A stretch of DNA of 64,000 nucleotides from Octopus vulgaris. Its lineage: Eukaryota. The stretch's first letter is position 1. Every line of letters starts with the position of its first letter. A model generated the notes under the pieces. It had not been told where the DNA came from. It worked only from the letters and a program-made list of their open reading frames with translations, and made no database searches. Location: NCBI GenBank assembly GCA_951406725.2, contig OX597836.1:16306001-16370000 (forward strand). The letters are read 5' to 3'. The position numbers were made by a program, and so were the translations under genes. Shown in pieces: positions 15,947 to 28,476 of this stretch.

Positions 15947-16334
15947 TGTATGGTTCCTTTGTTGAGTAAGTGGTTGGGTGGATTAATAGATGACTAAATG
16001 CCATATGGTCGGATGGTTAAGAACTTTGCTTTACAATCACGAGGTCTCATGTTCGACACCACTGCGTCGCATCTTCGGCAAGTTTTTTTTTCATCACAGT
16101 TTTGGGCTGACACAAGTTTTTGTGAATGGAATTGAACAGACGGAAAGTATGGAAGGCCTGTCGGGAGAATTTCACGATTATAACTGAAAGGTCATATTGA
16201 TTCTGCCGAAGAATTACATGAAGGCTACACTTGTCTGCGGAATATTCAGCATCACTCATTAATTCAATGAATAGGTCAGTCAGTTGCTTGAATAACTAAA
16301 TACTGGTCGGCAAAATCAACGGATTTTAATTATA

Positions 16335-16497
16335 GGCGCAGGAGTGGTTGTGTGGTAAGTAGCTTGCTAACCAACCACATGGTTCCGGGTTCAGTCCCAC
16401 TGCGTGGTGCCTTGGGCAAGTGTCTTCTACTATAGCCTCGGGCCGACCAAAGCCTTGTGAGTGGATTTGGTAGACGGAAACTGAAAGAAGCCCGTCG

Positions 16498-16587
<90 letters not shown>

Positions 16588-16790
16588 TGTTTGTGTGTCT
16601 GTGTTTGTTCCCCGCCCGTCCCCCATCACTGCTTGACAAGCGATGCTGTAACTTAGTGGTTCGGCAAAAAGAGACCGATGGAATAAGTACTGGGTTTACA
16701 AAGAATAAGTCCTGGGGTCGACTTCCTCGACTAAAGGCGGTGCTCCAGCATGGCCACAGTCAAATGACTGAAACGAGTAAAAAAGAAAAA
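16335..16790 (+). mobile_element. SINE family A, full-length (tRNA-derived head, CORE-like box, internal (TA)n(TG)n; resembles octopus OR-type SINEs)
   Basis: Head GGCGCAGGAGTGGTTGTGTGGTAAG, B-box-like GGTTCAGTCCC, CCTTGGGCAAGTG box, 3' end CAGCATGGCCACAGTCAAATGACTGAAAC. More than 15 related copies in the window. Confidence 0.9.
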
Positions 16791-18462
16791 AAGAGATAGT
16801 TGAGTAGTATAAGAACAGGCGACGGAGTGACGATCGTGCCTTGTGTATAGTAACGGAGTGCCTTTTGGCAAGACATAGCAGCCATTTAACCATCCTGCCA
16901 AAATACGGTGAAGTCATTGAACTGCAGATTGTGAAGAGGTAACGGAAGCGTTCAGTTGAGCCAACGGTGTTTCTAGCATTGATGCTAAGCGAAAGAATCC
17001 CAGGAGATCAACGCTCAGGGTCACCAAGCTCTATAGAGTAACTGTAGCTCATCCTTAGGACGTGTCGTCCATGATTGTGTAATCCGCTAATGAAAACTTC
17101 TTTATGACTCGAGCTCCCAATTCAAACAATAGAATCGTATGGCGTCAGAGAGTCGCGTCAATCCGTGCAAGCAGCACCACCCGAGTAGAAAACATGGATT
17201 CAGAGAATCAGGTAGCTTTCATAGTAAGTTTCCCCATTTGGAATCACAAATCAGTCTATGTAGTAATCAATAACAATGTTGTGTAATGAAAGACGTCGGT
17301 GTAACTGGAAATCTAAAAGAAGCGAGACATAAATTTTCCAACGAGGAATAAATAAAGCTATAAAATCGGGAGATATGGGAGGTGATGACAGATTTATTTT
17401 TCCGTATGACTTCCATATCATTACAGCCGTTTTGTAAACTACTTCAAGTAGTAATGATATTAGCATGCAAAAATTGTACGTACATGTACGTACATCAATA
17501 TTTGTCTTCAGCATTATACAAAACAATTGTATAAACGCAAATTAACGCAACTAAAGAAAACTGGCTCATAATTAGATAAATACAGGAGTTATACAAAACT
17601 TACTTTAAGTTTCATGTGCGAATAGAACAGTAGTTGGACAGGCTTGTATAATGTATGTGGTTATTGTGCTCTCTCACTCTTCATTCTTTCTGGTTTCCTC
17701 ACAACCATTCCTTTTTTCTCTCCCGCTTTCTCTTGCTCCTCCTCCTCCCTCCCGTCGTTGACCCGCGACGAGAGCTCTGCTACTGTCTTTCTGACCCGGC
17801 TTCCTTGAAGTGTAAACGGCATTTTCTGTTGCTCCTTCGCCGTTCTCAAAAATAGCGTTCGTAACACATTATCTCGGTCGGCTTAACAGCCCTTCTTGTC
17901 TTGTTATTCTCCTTGTCTTGTCTTTTACTGTTTATATTTTGTACTGTCGTTACGGTCCTGTTTTTGCTACCATTTTTACCCCTCCGCAAAAAGATCTCAA
18001 ATTTTATTTAATTTGCTTTTCGCGGGAAGGAAAGTTTCTATCGAAGATGCGTATCGCCTTCACCTTCGAAACGCAGAGTAGATGAAACCATGGCGACTGA
18101 AGAAGGGGAATTTTCCTTGTGTTATTTGTCCTGTACATACACATCTACATGTATATATATATATATATCTACATGTACATACATATACACACAAATGCAT
18201 ACAACCACACATGTATATAGACACGCACATGTAGACATATTTGGCTAAGGCCTTAAGTCGCTACTCGTGTGTCTCCCTTGATAAACCCTTCATGAGATCC
18301 TTAACATTTACCTACTCCCATCTTTTCCTGTACAAGGAATATAACTTCCTATCAAATCCTTACATTGTCAGGTATAAACCCTAGATTTTCCTTAATTCGA
18401 ACAAGTCTTCGGCAAATTGTGTAAAGAATGATATGAAACTTGTTTTGTAAGATCATTCCTTT

Positions 18463-18498
<36 letters not shown>

Positions 18499-18789
18499 AC
18501 ACGAAAACACACACACACACACGTATGTGTATAATGTATTATATCTCTATGTATATGTCTTTGCCTCTCTCTCTCTATATATATATATATCTACATACAT
18601 ACATACATACATATACATATGCGCACACACACACACACACACACACATACAGAGAGAGAGAAACGTAGATTAGGAGACAGATATAAAAGCGTAGATTGAA
18701 AGATAGATAGGTGACGCGTGGATTGACAAACACAGAGGCGTATATAGACAAACTTATCGATCGAAGGATCGATAAATAGATACAGTCCT

Positions 18790-18853
<64 letters not shown>

Positions 18854-19106
18854 GTATACGTATTTTCATGCATTTCTATATACGTGGATGTGTATGTAAA
18901 ATACATGTCTGTTCTCCCTCTCATACGCAGCCAATAAACAAGACGACATTACGTTGTCTTCTTTTTGATTGGTCGTTGTTGTTATTTTCAGTTAACATTG
19001 TTATTTAGATGCTTCCAGAAGAGCAAAAAAATAATAATAAATTAATATAAAATAAAAATAAAGTAAATAAAATTGGAAACTGAGCAACTGTGCAACCTCT
19101 GGGTAT

Positions 19107-19246
19107 TCTTTTACTTGTTTCAGTCATTTGACTGCGGCCATGCTGGAGCACCACTTTTAGTCGAGCGAATCGACCCTAAGACTTATTCTACCGGTCTCTC
19201 TTGCCGAACCGTTAAGTGACGGGGACGTAAACACAGGCACACAAAT

Positions 19247-19279
<33 letters not shown>

Positions 19280-19448
19280 AATATACGACGGGCTTCTTTC
19301 AGTTTCCGTCTACCAAATCCACTCACAAGGCTTTGGTCGGCCTGAGGCTATATTAGAAGACACTTGCCCAAGGTACCACGTAGTGGGACTGAACCCGGAA
19401 CCGTGTGGTTGGAAAGCAAGCTACTTACCATACAGCCACTCCTGCGCC
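19107..19448 (-). mobile_element. SINE family A copy
   Basis: Reverse complement of family A with small internal deletions. Confidence 0.9.
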
Positions 19449-19761
19449 TAAACTTATAAAAGTAAATGTATATAAACATGTAAAACACACACACACACAC
19501 ACAAACACACATAGACAGAGACAGACATACAAATGAGCATAATCTATCTTAATATGTCATGATCCATTCATTTCTGTAAAGGGATCCACTATTATGGACA
19601 GGGTTCTTATAATTACCTCATTACTGATTTAATGAAGGATGCACTCGCCATATGTAATACGCTTCGATTCTTTCTTTCATCTTTGTTCTCCTCCTCTACT
19701 TTTCTTCCTTCTCCTTCTCCTGCTTCTATTTCTTTATCATCGTTAATATTAGTAGTATTAT

Positions 19762-19965
19762 CTGGTAGAATTGTTAGCCCGCCGGACAAAATGCTTAGCG
19801 GCATTTCATCCGTCCTGATGTTTTGAGTTCAAAACCCACCGAGGTCGAATTTGCCTTTCATCCAGAGGTCGATAAAATAAGTACTAGTTATGTACTGGTG
19901 TCGATGTACTTAATCATCCCCTTCCCCAAAATTTCAGGCCTTGTGCCTATAGTAGAAAGGATTAT
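19762..19965 (+). mobile_element. SINE family B copy with a long (ATT)n tail
   Basis: Family B body followed by (ATT)n to about 20330. Confidence 0.85.
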
Positions 19966-19990
19966 TATTAGTATTATTATTATTATTATA

Positions 19991-20022
<32 letters not shown>

Positions 20023-20099
20023 CACCATCATTATTATTATCATTATTATTATTGTTATTGTTATTATTATTATTATTGTTATTATTATTGTTATTGTTA

Positions 20100-20139
<40 letters not shown>

Positions 20140-20143
20140 TATT

Positions 20144-20205
<62 letters not shown>

Positions 20206-20250
20206 GTTATTGTTATTATTATTATTATTATTACCATTACCATTATTATT

Positions 20251-20327
<77 letters not shown>

Positions 20328-20685
20328 TCATTTATTCCATGCTGTTCAAGGAAAAAGCTGTTGATTCACTGAATTCATTATTAATTAATCGCCACCAGAG
20401 ACATCTACTAATTGTGTTTTTGTTTATGGCGTCCGGCAAATGAAACAATGAAGCAAAGTCGTTAATTCATTGTCGTTAATTATTGATTTTAATTAAATGT
20501 TATTTTTATTTGGTTTCGTTTGTTTACTTACGCTTTTTCTACGTTGACACATATATAAATCTGTCTCCCTGTTGAAAACCACCACCTCCATCGCCTAGTC
20601 CCTAAGGAGTTTAAACATACATCATGATAGATCGTTAGCTCCTACACGCATTTTCTTCTCTCCTTGTTTTTTTTTTTTCTGCGTA

Positions 20686-20724
20686 TCTTTCTGTCGAAGA
20701 GCGTAGGCTCGAAATATTAAAAGA
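20686..20724 (+). ncRNA. Minimal hammerhead-like motif, CUGUCGA core variant
   Basis: UCUUU CUGUCGA A GAGC-GUAG-GCUC GAAA UAU UA AAAGA; stems I and II pair perfectly. Confidence 0.55.
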
Positions 20725-20831
20725 CTTTTTCTATTCCTGAGCGCTATACTAATACATTTGTTTGTTTGTACTCCACCTGCCTTCGTCTTTTGCTTATTTT
20801 CGTAAACTTTCCCTTTGTATAGGTATATATA

Positions 20832-20961
20832 CAGGGTGTCCCCAAAAAATGTATACACACCTTAAATAATTGTAAATTTGTTATTCTTTGTAAGCCTAGT
20901 ACTTATTCTATTGTTCTCTTTTGCCGAACCACTATGTGTATACATTTTTTGGGACACCCTG
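20832..20961. mobile_element. Tc1/mariner-type MITE (130 bp)
   Basis: TIRs of about 27 bp (CAGGGTGTCCCCAAAAAATGTATACACA / TGTGTATACATTTTTTGGGACACCCTG) flanked by TA on both sides. Confidence 0.85.
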
Positions 20962-21080
20962 TATACCCGTATAATAATAATAGCCGATATAAATGTTAGT
21001 TGGCTGGCTGGCTGGTTTGTTGGTTGTATGGTTGGTTGGTTGGTTGTATGGTTGACTGATTTGTCCAGTTCTCAAGAGGG

Positions 21081-21124
<44 letters not shown>

Positions 21125-21483
21125 TAAAAGAGATATGCATTTTCGTGGAGACCTGAGAATTGAGATCGCTAAGATGTGGCAGCTACGCGAATCGAACAAA
21201 AAGGTTACCCTATTGTTATTGGAGCATTGGGTTCAATATCACCCAATCTGAAAAAAAAAAAAAAAAAACACCTGTAAACCTTAGAAGTACCCTACAACCT
21301 AGATGTATTGCAAAAGTCGGTATTGCTTGGAACAGCACGCATACTGCGTAAAGTACTATCTGTCTGAGGTCCTTGTTGTGACTTGACAAACAGTGCAAAC
21401 CCCACGATGAACACAATGTCTTCAATCAACAACCTCACGATATTGTATATTGTGTGACGTCTATGATAATAATAATAATAATA

Positions 21484-21568
<85 letters not shown>

Positions 21569-21860
21569 GAAGAAGAAGAAGAAGAAGAAGGTGGAGGAGG
21601 AGGAGGAGAAGAAGAAGAAGAAGAAGAAGAAGTGGGGGAGGAGGAGGAGAAGAAAAAGAAGAAGAAGAAGGTGGGGGAGGAGGAGGAAGAGGAGGAGGAG
21701 GAGGAGGAGAAGAAAAAGAAGAAGAAGAAGAAGAAGAAGAAGAAGAAGAAGAAGAAGAAGAAGAAGAAGAAGAAGAAGAAGAAGAAGAAGAAGAAGAAGA
21801 ACAAGAAGAACAAGAAGAACAAGAAGAAGAAGAAGAAGAAGAACAAGAAGAAGAAGAATG

Positions 21861-22066
21861 ATAGTTTCAAATTGCTAGCGCGAGGGCAGCAATTTCGGGG
21901 AAGAGGATAAGTCGGTTACATCGACCCCAGTGTCCAACTGGTACTTATTTTGTTGACCCTGAAAGAATGAAAAGCAAAGTCGACCGCGGCGAAATTTGAA
22001 CTCAGAACGTAAAGACAGACGGAATGCCGCTAAGCAGTTTGCCCTGCGTGCTAACGATTCTGCCAA
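21861..22066 (-). mobile_element. SINE family B copy
   Basis: Reverse complement of family B. Confidence 0.85.
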
Positions 22067-22364
22067 ATGGGATTCTTGTGTTCATTTTGAATTATCTACG
22101 TTGGCACAACAGCTTTTGTCGAACCAGCGATGAAGTCTCTACGTCAGCGGTCCCTTAAGGAACGGACGGCCAGAAAGATAGCATTGGCTGTTCCATGATC
22201 TCATTATCATCCCCCACATCGTCATTTAACGTCCCTTCTTCCATGCTGGGTTGAATAGCTCAACAGGAACCAATGAACCAGACGTCCGCGCCGAGCCCCA
22301 GGACCTTATGACCAAAATTTAAAAAGCTGATGTATAAAATATATAATTACTTAATTTACATATA

Positions 22365-22492
22365 GGCGCAGGAGTGGCTGTGTGGTAAGTAGCTTGTTTA
22401 CCAACCATCTTGGGCAAGTTTCTTCTACTATAGCCTCGGGCCGACCAAATCCACTCATGGCTTTGGTAGACGGAAACTGAAAGAAGCCCGTC

Positions 22493-22581
<89 letters not shown>

Positions 22582-22780
22582 TGTGTGTGTTTGTGTATCT
22601 GTGTTTGTCCCCCTAGCATTGCTTGACAACCGATGCTGGTGTGTTTATGTCCCCGTTACTTAGCGGTTCGGCAAAAGAGACCAAAAGAATAAGTCCCGGG
22701 GTCGAGTTGCTCGATTAAAGGCGGTGCTCCAGCATGGCCGCAGTCAAATGACTGAAACAAGTAAAAGAGTAAAAGAGTAA
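22365..22780 (+). mobile_element. SINE family A copy
   Basis: Family A head, internal (TA)n and a (GTAAAAGA)n tail. Confidence 0.9.
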
Positions 22781-23199
22781 GAGAGAGAGAATATATAACT
22801 AATTATCGTCTTGCATATTATTATCTTTCAAATAAAAGACAAAACTAGGAGAATGAGTTTGTTAATTAAGAAAATGGGTTTGTTAAGTTGAGAGTGAAAA
22901 AGTTAGGAACCTTTGCCCCTTATAATTGAAAAATAAGACAACCTGGATTATGTAGTTTTGTAGTCGTCGTCTTTGGCTATAAAAAACACTACTTTATTAA
23001 AGCTTTTCTAGGACTAAACAACACTGTAATACTTCGTTTCAACGAAAGAGAGTAAGCATGTATATGTATTTAGATTTCTTGTGTATTACCGAAATCATAA
23101 CATTCAATGAAATATCCAAACAGACATACATTTACGCGCATTTGTAGCGTGGCATATATAATGCATTAGACAAACATTGGTACAAACGATACGCATACC

Positions 23200-23572
23200 C
23201 TTTACTCTTTTACTCAACTGCGGCCATGCTGGAGCACCGCCTTTAGTCGAGCAAAAGGACCCCAGGACTTATTCTCTGTAAGCCTAGTACTTATTCTATC
23301 AGTCTCTTTTTGCTGAACTGCTAAGTTACGGGGACGTAAACGACACCAGCATCGGTTGTCAAGCGATGTTGGGGGGACATACACAAACACACAAACATAT
23401 ACACACACATACATATATATAAATACATATATACGACGGGCTTCTTTCAGTTTCCGTCAACCAAATCCACTCGCAAGGCTTTGGTCGGCCCGAGGCTGTA
23501 GCAGAAAACACTTGCACAAGGTGCCACGCAGTGGGACTGAACCCGGAACCATGTGATTGGTAAGCATGCTTA
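23200..23572 (-). mobile_element. SINE family A copy
   Basis: Reverse complement of family A. Confidence 0.9.
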
Positions 23573-23601
23573 CTTTTCACTCTGTATATATATATATGTA
23601 T

Positions 23602-23667
<66 letters not shown>

Positions 23668-23735
23668 ATATATATATGTATATATATATATATATGTATA
23701 TATGTATATATATATGTATACATGTATGCACACAC

Positions 23736-23779
<44 letters not shown>

Positions 23780-23923
23780 GTATGTATGAAAAAGAGAAAG
23801 AATGAGACACAGTATACAAGCATCTTCAGTCAACTGTTTTACATCAACTGCACGTTCTTTTCAATCATTAACGTGCACATAAATTCATATATACATACAT
23901 GCATACATACATACATACATACA

Positions 23924-23957
<34 letters not shown>

Positions 23958-24771
23958 ATACATACATACATACATGCATGCATGCATACATACATGCATG
24001 CATGCATACATACATGCATGCATGTATACATACATACATACATACATACATACATACATACATACATACATACATACATGCATACATACATACATACATA
24101 CATGCATATATACATATACATACATACATACATAAATACATACATACATGCATACATATATACATACATACATACATATATACATACATACATACATACA
24201 TATAAACATACATACATGCATGCATACATACATAATACATACATACATGCATGCATGCATACATACATACATACATAATACATACGTACATACATACATA
24301 CATACATACATACACACACACATACTTACATACATACATACTTACATACACACATACATACATACACGTATTGACACACATATATTCACTGATATACATA
24401 ATATTCGATCTTTGCAGCTATCGGAAACAAAATGGCGATCTGTATGTTATAAGAACAACAGCAGCAGTAGCAGAAGCAGCAACAGCAATAATAACAAGAA
24501 CAATAACAACAACACGAATCAATTAACTGCAACAATAAAAGCACAACAATATATAAATGATTACAAGAAGTGGGTGAAAAGGGGTTATTTCGAAAGTTTG
24601 ATTATCCCTATAATACCGGAAATGGGATAATTTCCGGTATGGTTTAAGTCACACGTCTAAAAACCAAACAAGGAAATGTTTCGTTGGTCGCCATTTTGTT
24701 TGGCAATTTATCTGTTGCGTGGAATTTGTCTGTGTGTACGTATGTGTGTGTGAGTGTGTGTGTGTGTGTGT

Positions 24772-24837
<66 letters not shown>

Positions 24838-25277
24838 TGTCGTTTACGTTGTTGTTTATTGGTGGGGGGAACTGATTGGTGGTTTAAGACACACGTGACT
24901 AACAATCTTCTAGTTAGATCCTCGTGTTATGTAGATTGAGTAGAAGAAAATGAAATTGAAGAGGCGGAGGAGGAGCTCATGAAAGAAGAGGAAGAAGAAG
25001 AGAATGTTAAGGAAAAGATGAATATAAAGGAAGATTGAATTAAAATTCGAATAGTGTTTTTTTAAAAACCTAAAAACACACCACATATGTTGTCTCAGAG
25101 AATTCAATGATTTATCAATCACGAAAGTAAATAAAGCTTCTCCCCTCTTCCTTACACACATATATGTGTCTATATGCTTGCTTAGCCGTCACTCGCAAAC
25201 GAGTATAGTTTCGTAGTTTGTACCATATACTGTGCGATTTCGCTTCTTGTATACGGTTCCTCACGAACTGATATACG

Positions 25278-25640
25278 TAGGCAGTTGGATGGAACCTACA
25301 CTCGCCTCCTTATGAGAGCTCAAAATCTCTCGTGGAAGCGTCATCCAACCAAAATGCAAAATATATGGGAAACTACCACCTGTGTCATCTCTTGTGAAAA
25401 GTAGGAGAGTCCAGTTTGCTGGACATTGTTGTAGAGATGAAAACGAGGTAGTTTCTACTCTTCATCTCTGGAAGCCATCTGCTCGTAATACCAGAGAGCG
25501 CACACTCTCTTACCCTGATGTAATCTCCAGGGATACAGGCATCCAGCAACAGGACCTCCGTAATGCCATGATGGACCGTGAAGTCTGGCGTAGCATAGTA
25601 AATTCCATTGTCTCGACCATGGTCGAACAATGATGATGAT
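25278..25640 (+). mobile_element. Shorter copy of the same RTE LINE 3' end
   Basis: Highly similar to 31045-31400 (LDGTYTRLLMRAQN...STMVEQ), followed by a (TGA)n tail. Confidence 0.9.
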
Positions 25641-26410
25641 GGTCCTTTCGACTCATTCCAAGCTTTGGTCCAGCAGAAGATTGAGGATGCGACATCTGGA
25701 AGGTGGAAGGCAGCTGCATCAGCAGTCAACTGATATTCATCTCCAGCTGAGTGCAGCGGTGCAAAGTGGAATGTAATAGGCTGCTCAGGGACACTACACA
25801 CTCCCGTTCCAGGAATCAAACCCACGATTTTATGTCGTGAGTCCAACGCCCAAACCATCAGACAATGCATCTTGAGTGTGTGTGTGTTTGTGTGTGTGTG
25901 TGTGTTGTGTGTGTGTGTTGTGTGTGTTTGTGTGTGTGTTTGTGTGTGTGTTGTGTGTATGTTGTGTGTATGTTGTGTGTTTGTGTTCGTGTGTGTGTAT
26001 GTGTGTGTTTGTGTGTATGTGTGTGTGTGTGTTTGTGTGTATGTGTGTGTATGTGTGTTTGTGTGTTTGTGTGTGTGTTTGTGTATGTGTATGTGTGTGT
26101 ATGTGTATGTGTGTGTTTGTGTGTATGTGTGTTTGTGTGTATGTGTGTCTATGTGTGTTTGTGTGTGCTATGTGTGTGTGTATGTGTATGTTGTGTATTT
26201 GCATATGTATGTATGTATGATGAGTCTCCTTAGCCAGAACGAATACAAATAACTCGTTGTTAGAAGTACGCGTAATATTTTACAGAAGATATCACATGAG
26301 CACTCAGCTCTGGTCGCGCACTAACTTATTGCGGAAACACTTGTAAGCTAATGATAGTAATTACGTAATTTCGGGGTTTTTTCTAATTAATTAATTAATC
26401 AATATATATA

Positions 26411-26458
<48 letters not shown>

Positions 26459-26808
26459 TATGTGTGTGTGTGTGCGTGTGTGATGTGCTTGTATGTGCGT
26501 GCGTATGTGTACATAAGTATGCGATTTCAATCGTGGACTGCGGCAATGCTGGGGCACCACTTGAAAAGTCTTAATCGACTAAGTCGACCCCATTATTTGT
26601 GCTTGTTTAATAAGTCTGGTATATATTCAAGTGGTCTCTTTCGCCGATCCGCTTAGTTACGGGGACGTAAACAAACCGATACAGACTGTCAAGTGGTGGA
26701 GGGGCAAACAAGCTAAAAGACACACACACACACACTCCCACACACATATACACACACATATATATGCACGCACACAAGCCCCCCACACACACACACACAC
26801 AAACACAC

Positions 26809-26855
<47 letters not shown>

Positions 26856-26964
26856 TATATATATACCGGAGTAAACACATAAATGTGAAACAAGGTGGAA
26901 AAAGAGTACCCAAATACCAGAGGTAGAGTAATATGCCTTATTTAAAAGCAGCAGAAATTCAACA

Positions 26965-27010
26965 AAAGCTGTTACTCGGAGTTTCACGTTCCCGTTCGTC
27001 GGACAGTTTT
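26965..27010 (-). ncRNA. Type I hammerhead-like motif, CCGACGA core variant (inverted partner of 27061-27106)
   Basis: Minus strand: AAAACUGU CCGACGA ACG-GGAA-CGU GAAA CUCCGAG UA ACAGCUUU. Confidence 0.6.
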
Positions 27011-27060
27011 GTTAAAAATAAATAAATAAATAAAAATAAAAACTATTATTTTTTTTTGAC

Positions 27061-27106
27061 AAAACTGTCCGACGAACGGGAACGCGAAACTCCGAGTAAC
27101 AGTTTT
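27061..27106 (+). ncRNA. Type I hammerhead-like motif, CCGACGA core variant
   Basis: Perfect 8-bp stem I AAAACUGU/ACAGUUUU; CCGACGA; stem II ACG-GGAA-CGC; GAAA; stem III ACU-CCG-AGU; GUA triplet. Confidence 0.6.
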
Positions 27107-27134
27107 TGCTGAATTTCTGCTGCTTTTAAATAAA

Positions 27135-27267
<133 letters not shown>

Positions 27268-27761
27268 CATAGACACATAGATATAAATATATACATATAA
27301 CAATTGCAGCGTGGAAGGTGTTTATAATCCATTTAAGAAACACACAAAAACCGTTAGATTCACTTCAACATTTAAGTTTAATTTCCCAAAATATTTTCGA
27401 CGCTTTGAGACCGCGACCTGTTCACTGGCAGAATTCCGTGCTGCATCTGAACACAACATAATATGATATATACACACTTAAATATATGTGTGTATGTATG
27501 TGTGTGTGTGTGTGGGGGGGGTTATATTTAATTTTCTTCTTTGTAATTAAAATGTAGCATTTGAGTCGAATGAATCGACCCTAGTACTTGTTTTTGATTA
27601 TTTTTTCAGCCAGGTACTTATTTTATCGATATCTTTTGCCCGACCGCTTTTACAGGGTTCATAAATACATCAACACTGGATGTCAAGCGGTGGGGGGGGG
27701 GGACAAACACACACGCACACACATACATGCACACGCACAAACATACACACATTTATGTATA

Positions 27762-28022
27762 TAAGTTAAGTTAAGTTAGTTAAGTTAATTTTTTGGCTCA
27801 AAAAGCAAAAAGCAAGGCCATGTAAGTGGACATGGAGTTATGTACAGGGGTGTTCATGCAAAGAGTTCAGGCCATTTCTGGTCAAGAGAGACTTTGAATC
27901 GAGCGGTCGTCGGCATTTTCACTATCTCGTCCGGCAGCTTATTCCACGGACCCGCAACCCGGACGGAGAAAGCCCCTCTCCTTCGATTGAGATGAAATCG
28001 TCGCAGATAGAGCTTTTCGGAA
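27762..28022 (-). mobile_element. CR1-clade LINE 3' end
   Basis: Minus strand reads KLYLRRFHLNRRRGAFSVRVAGPWNKLPDEIVKMPTTARFKVSLDQKW (FSxRVxxxWNxLP motif), then a 3' UTR and a (CTTAA)n-type tail. Confidence 0.88.
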
Positions 28023-28080
28023 TGGTATGTATTTATATATTTATGCATGTATGTATGTTTGTATGTATTTAGGAACATCT

Positions 28081-28476
28081 CTTTACTCTTTTACTTGTTT
28101 CAGTCATTTGACTGCGGCCTTGCTGGAGCACCGCCTTTAATTGAGCAACTCGACCCCGGGACTTATTCTTTTGTAAGCCTAGTACTTATTCTATCGGTCT
28201 CTTTTGCCGAACCGCTAAGTAACGGGGACATAAACACACCAGTATCGGTTGTCAAGCAATGCTAGGGTGACAAACACAGACACACAAACATATACACACA
28301 CACTTATATATATATATATATATTTATATACATATATACGACGGGCTTCTTTCAGTTTCCGTCTACCAAATCCACTCACAAGGCTTTGGTCGGCCCGAGG
28401 CTATAGTAGAAGACACTTGCCCAAGGTGATCGCAGTGGGACTGAACCCGGAACCATGTGGTTGGTAAACAAGCTAT
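28081..28476 (-). mobile_element. SINE family A copy
   Basis: Reverse complement of family A. Confidence 0.9.
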
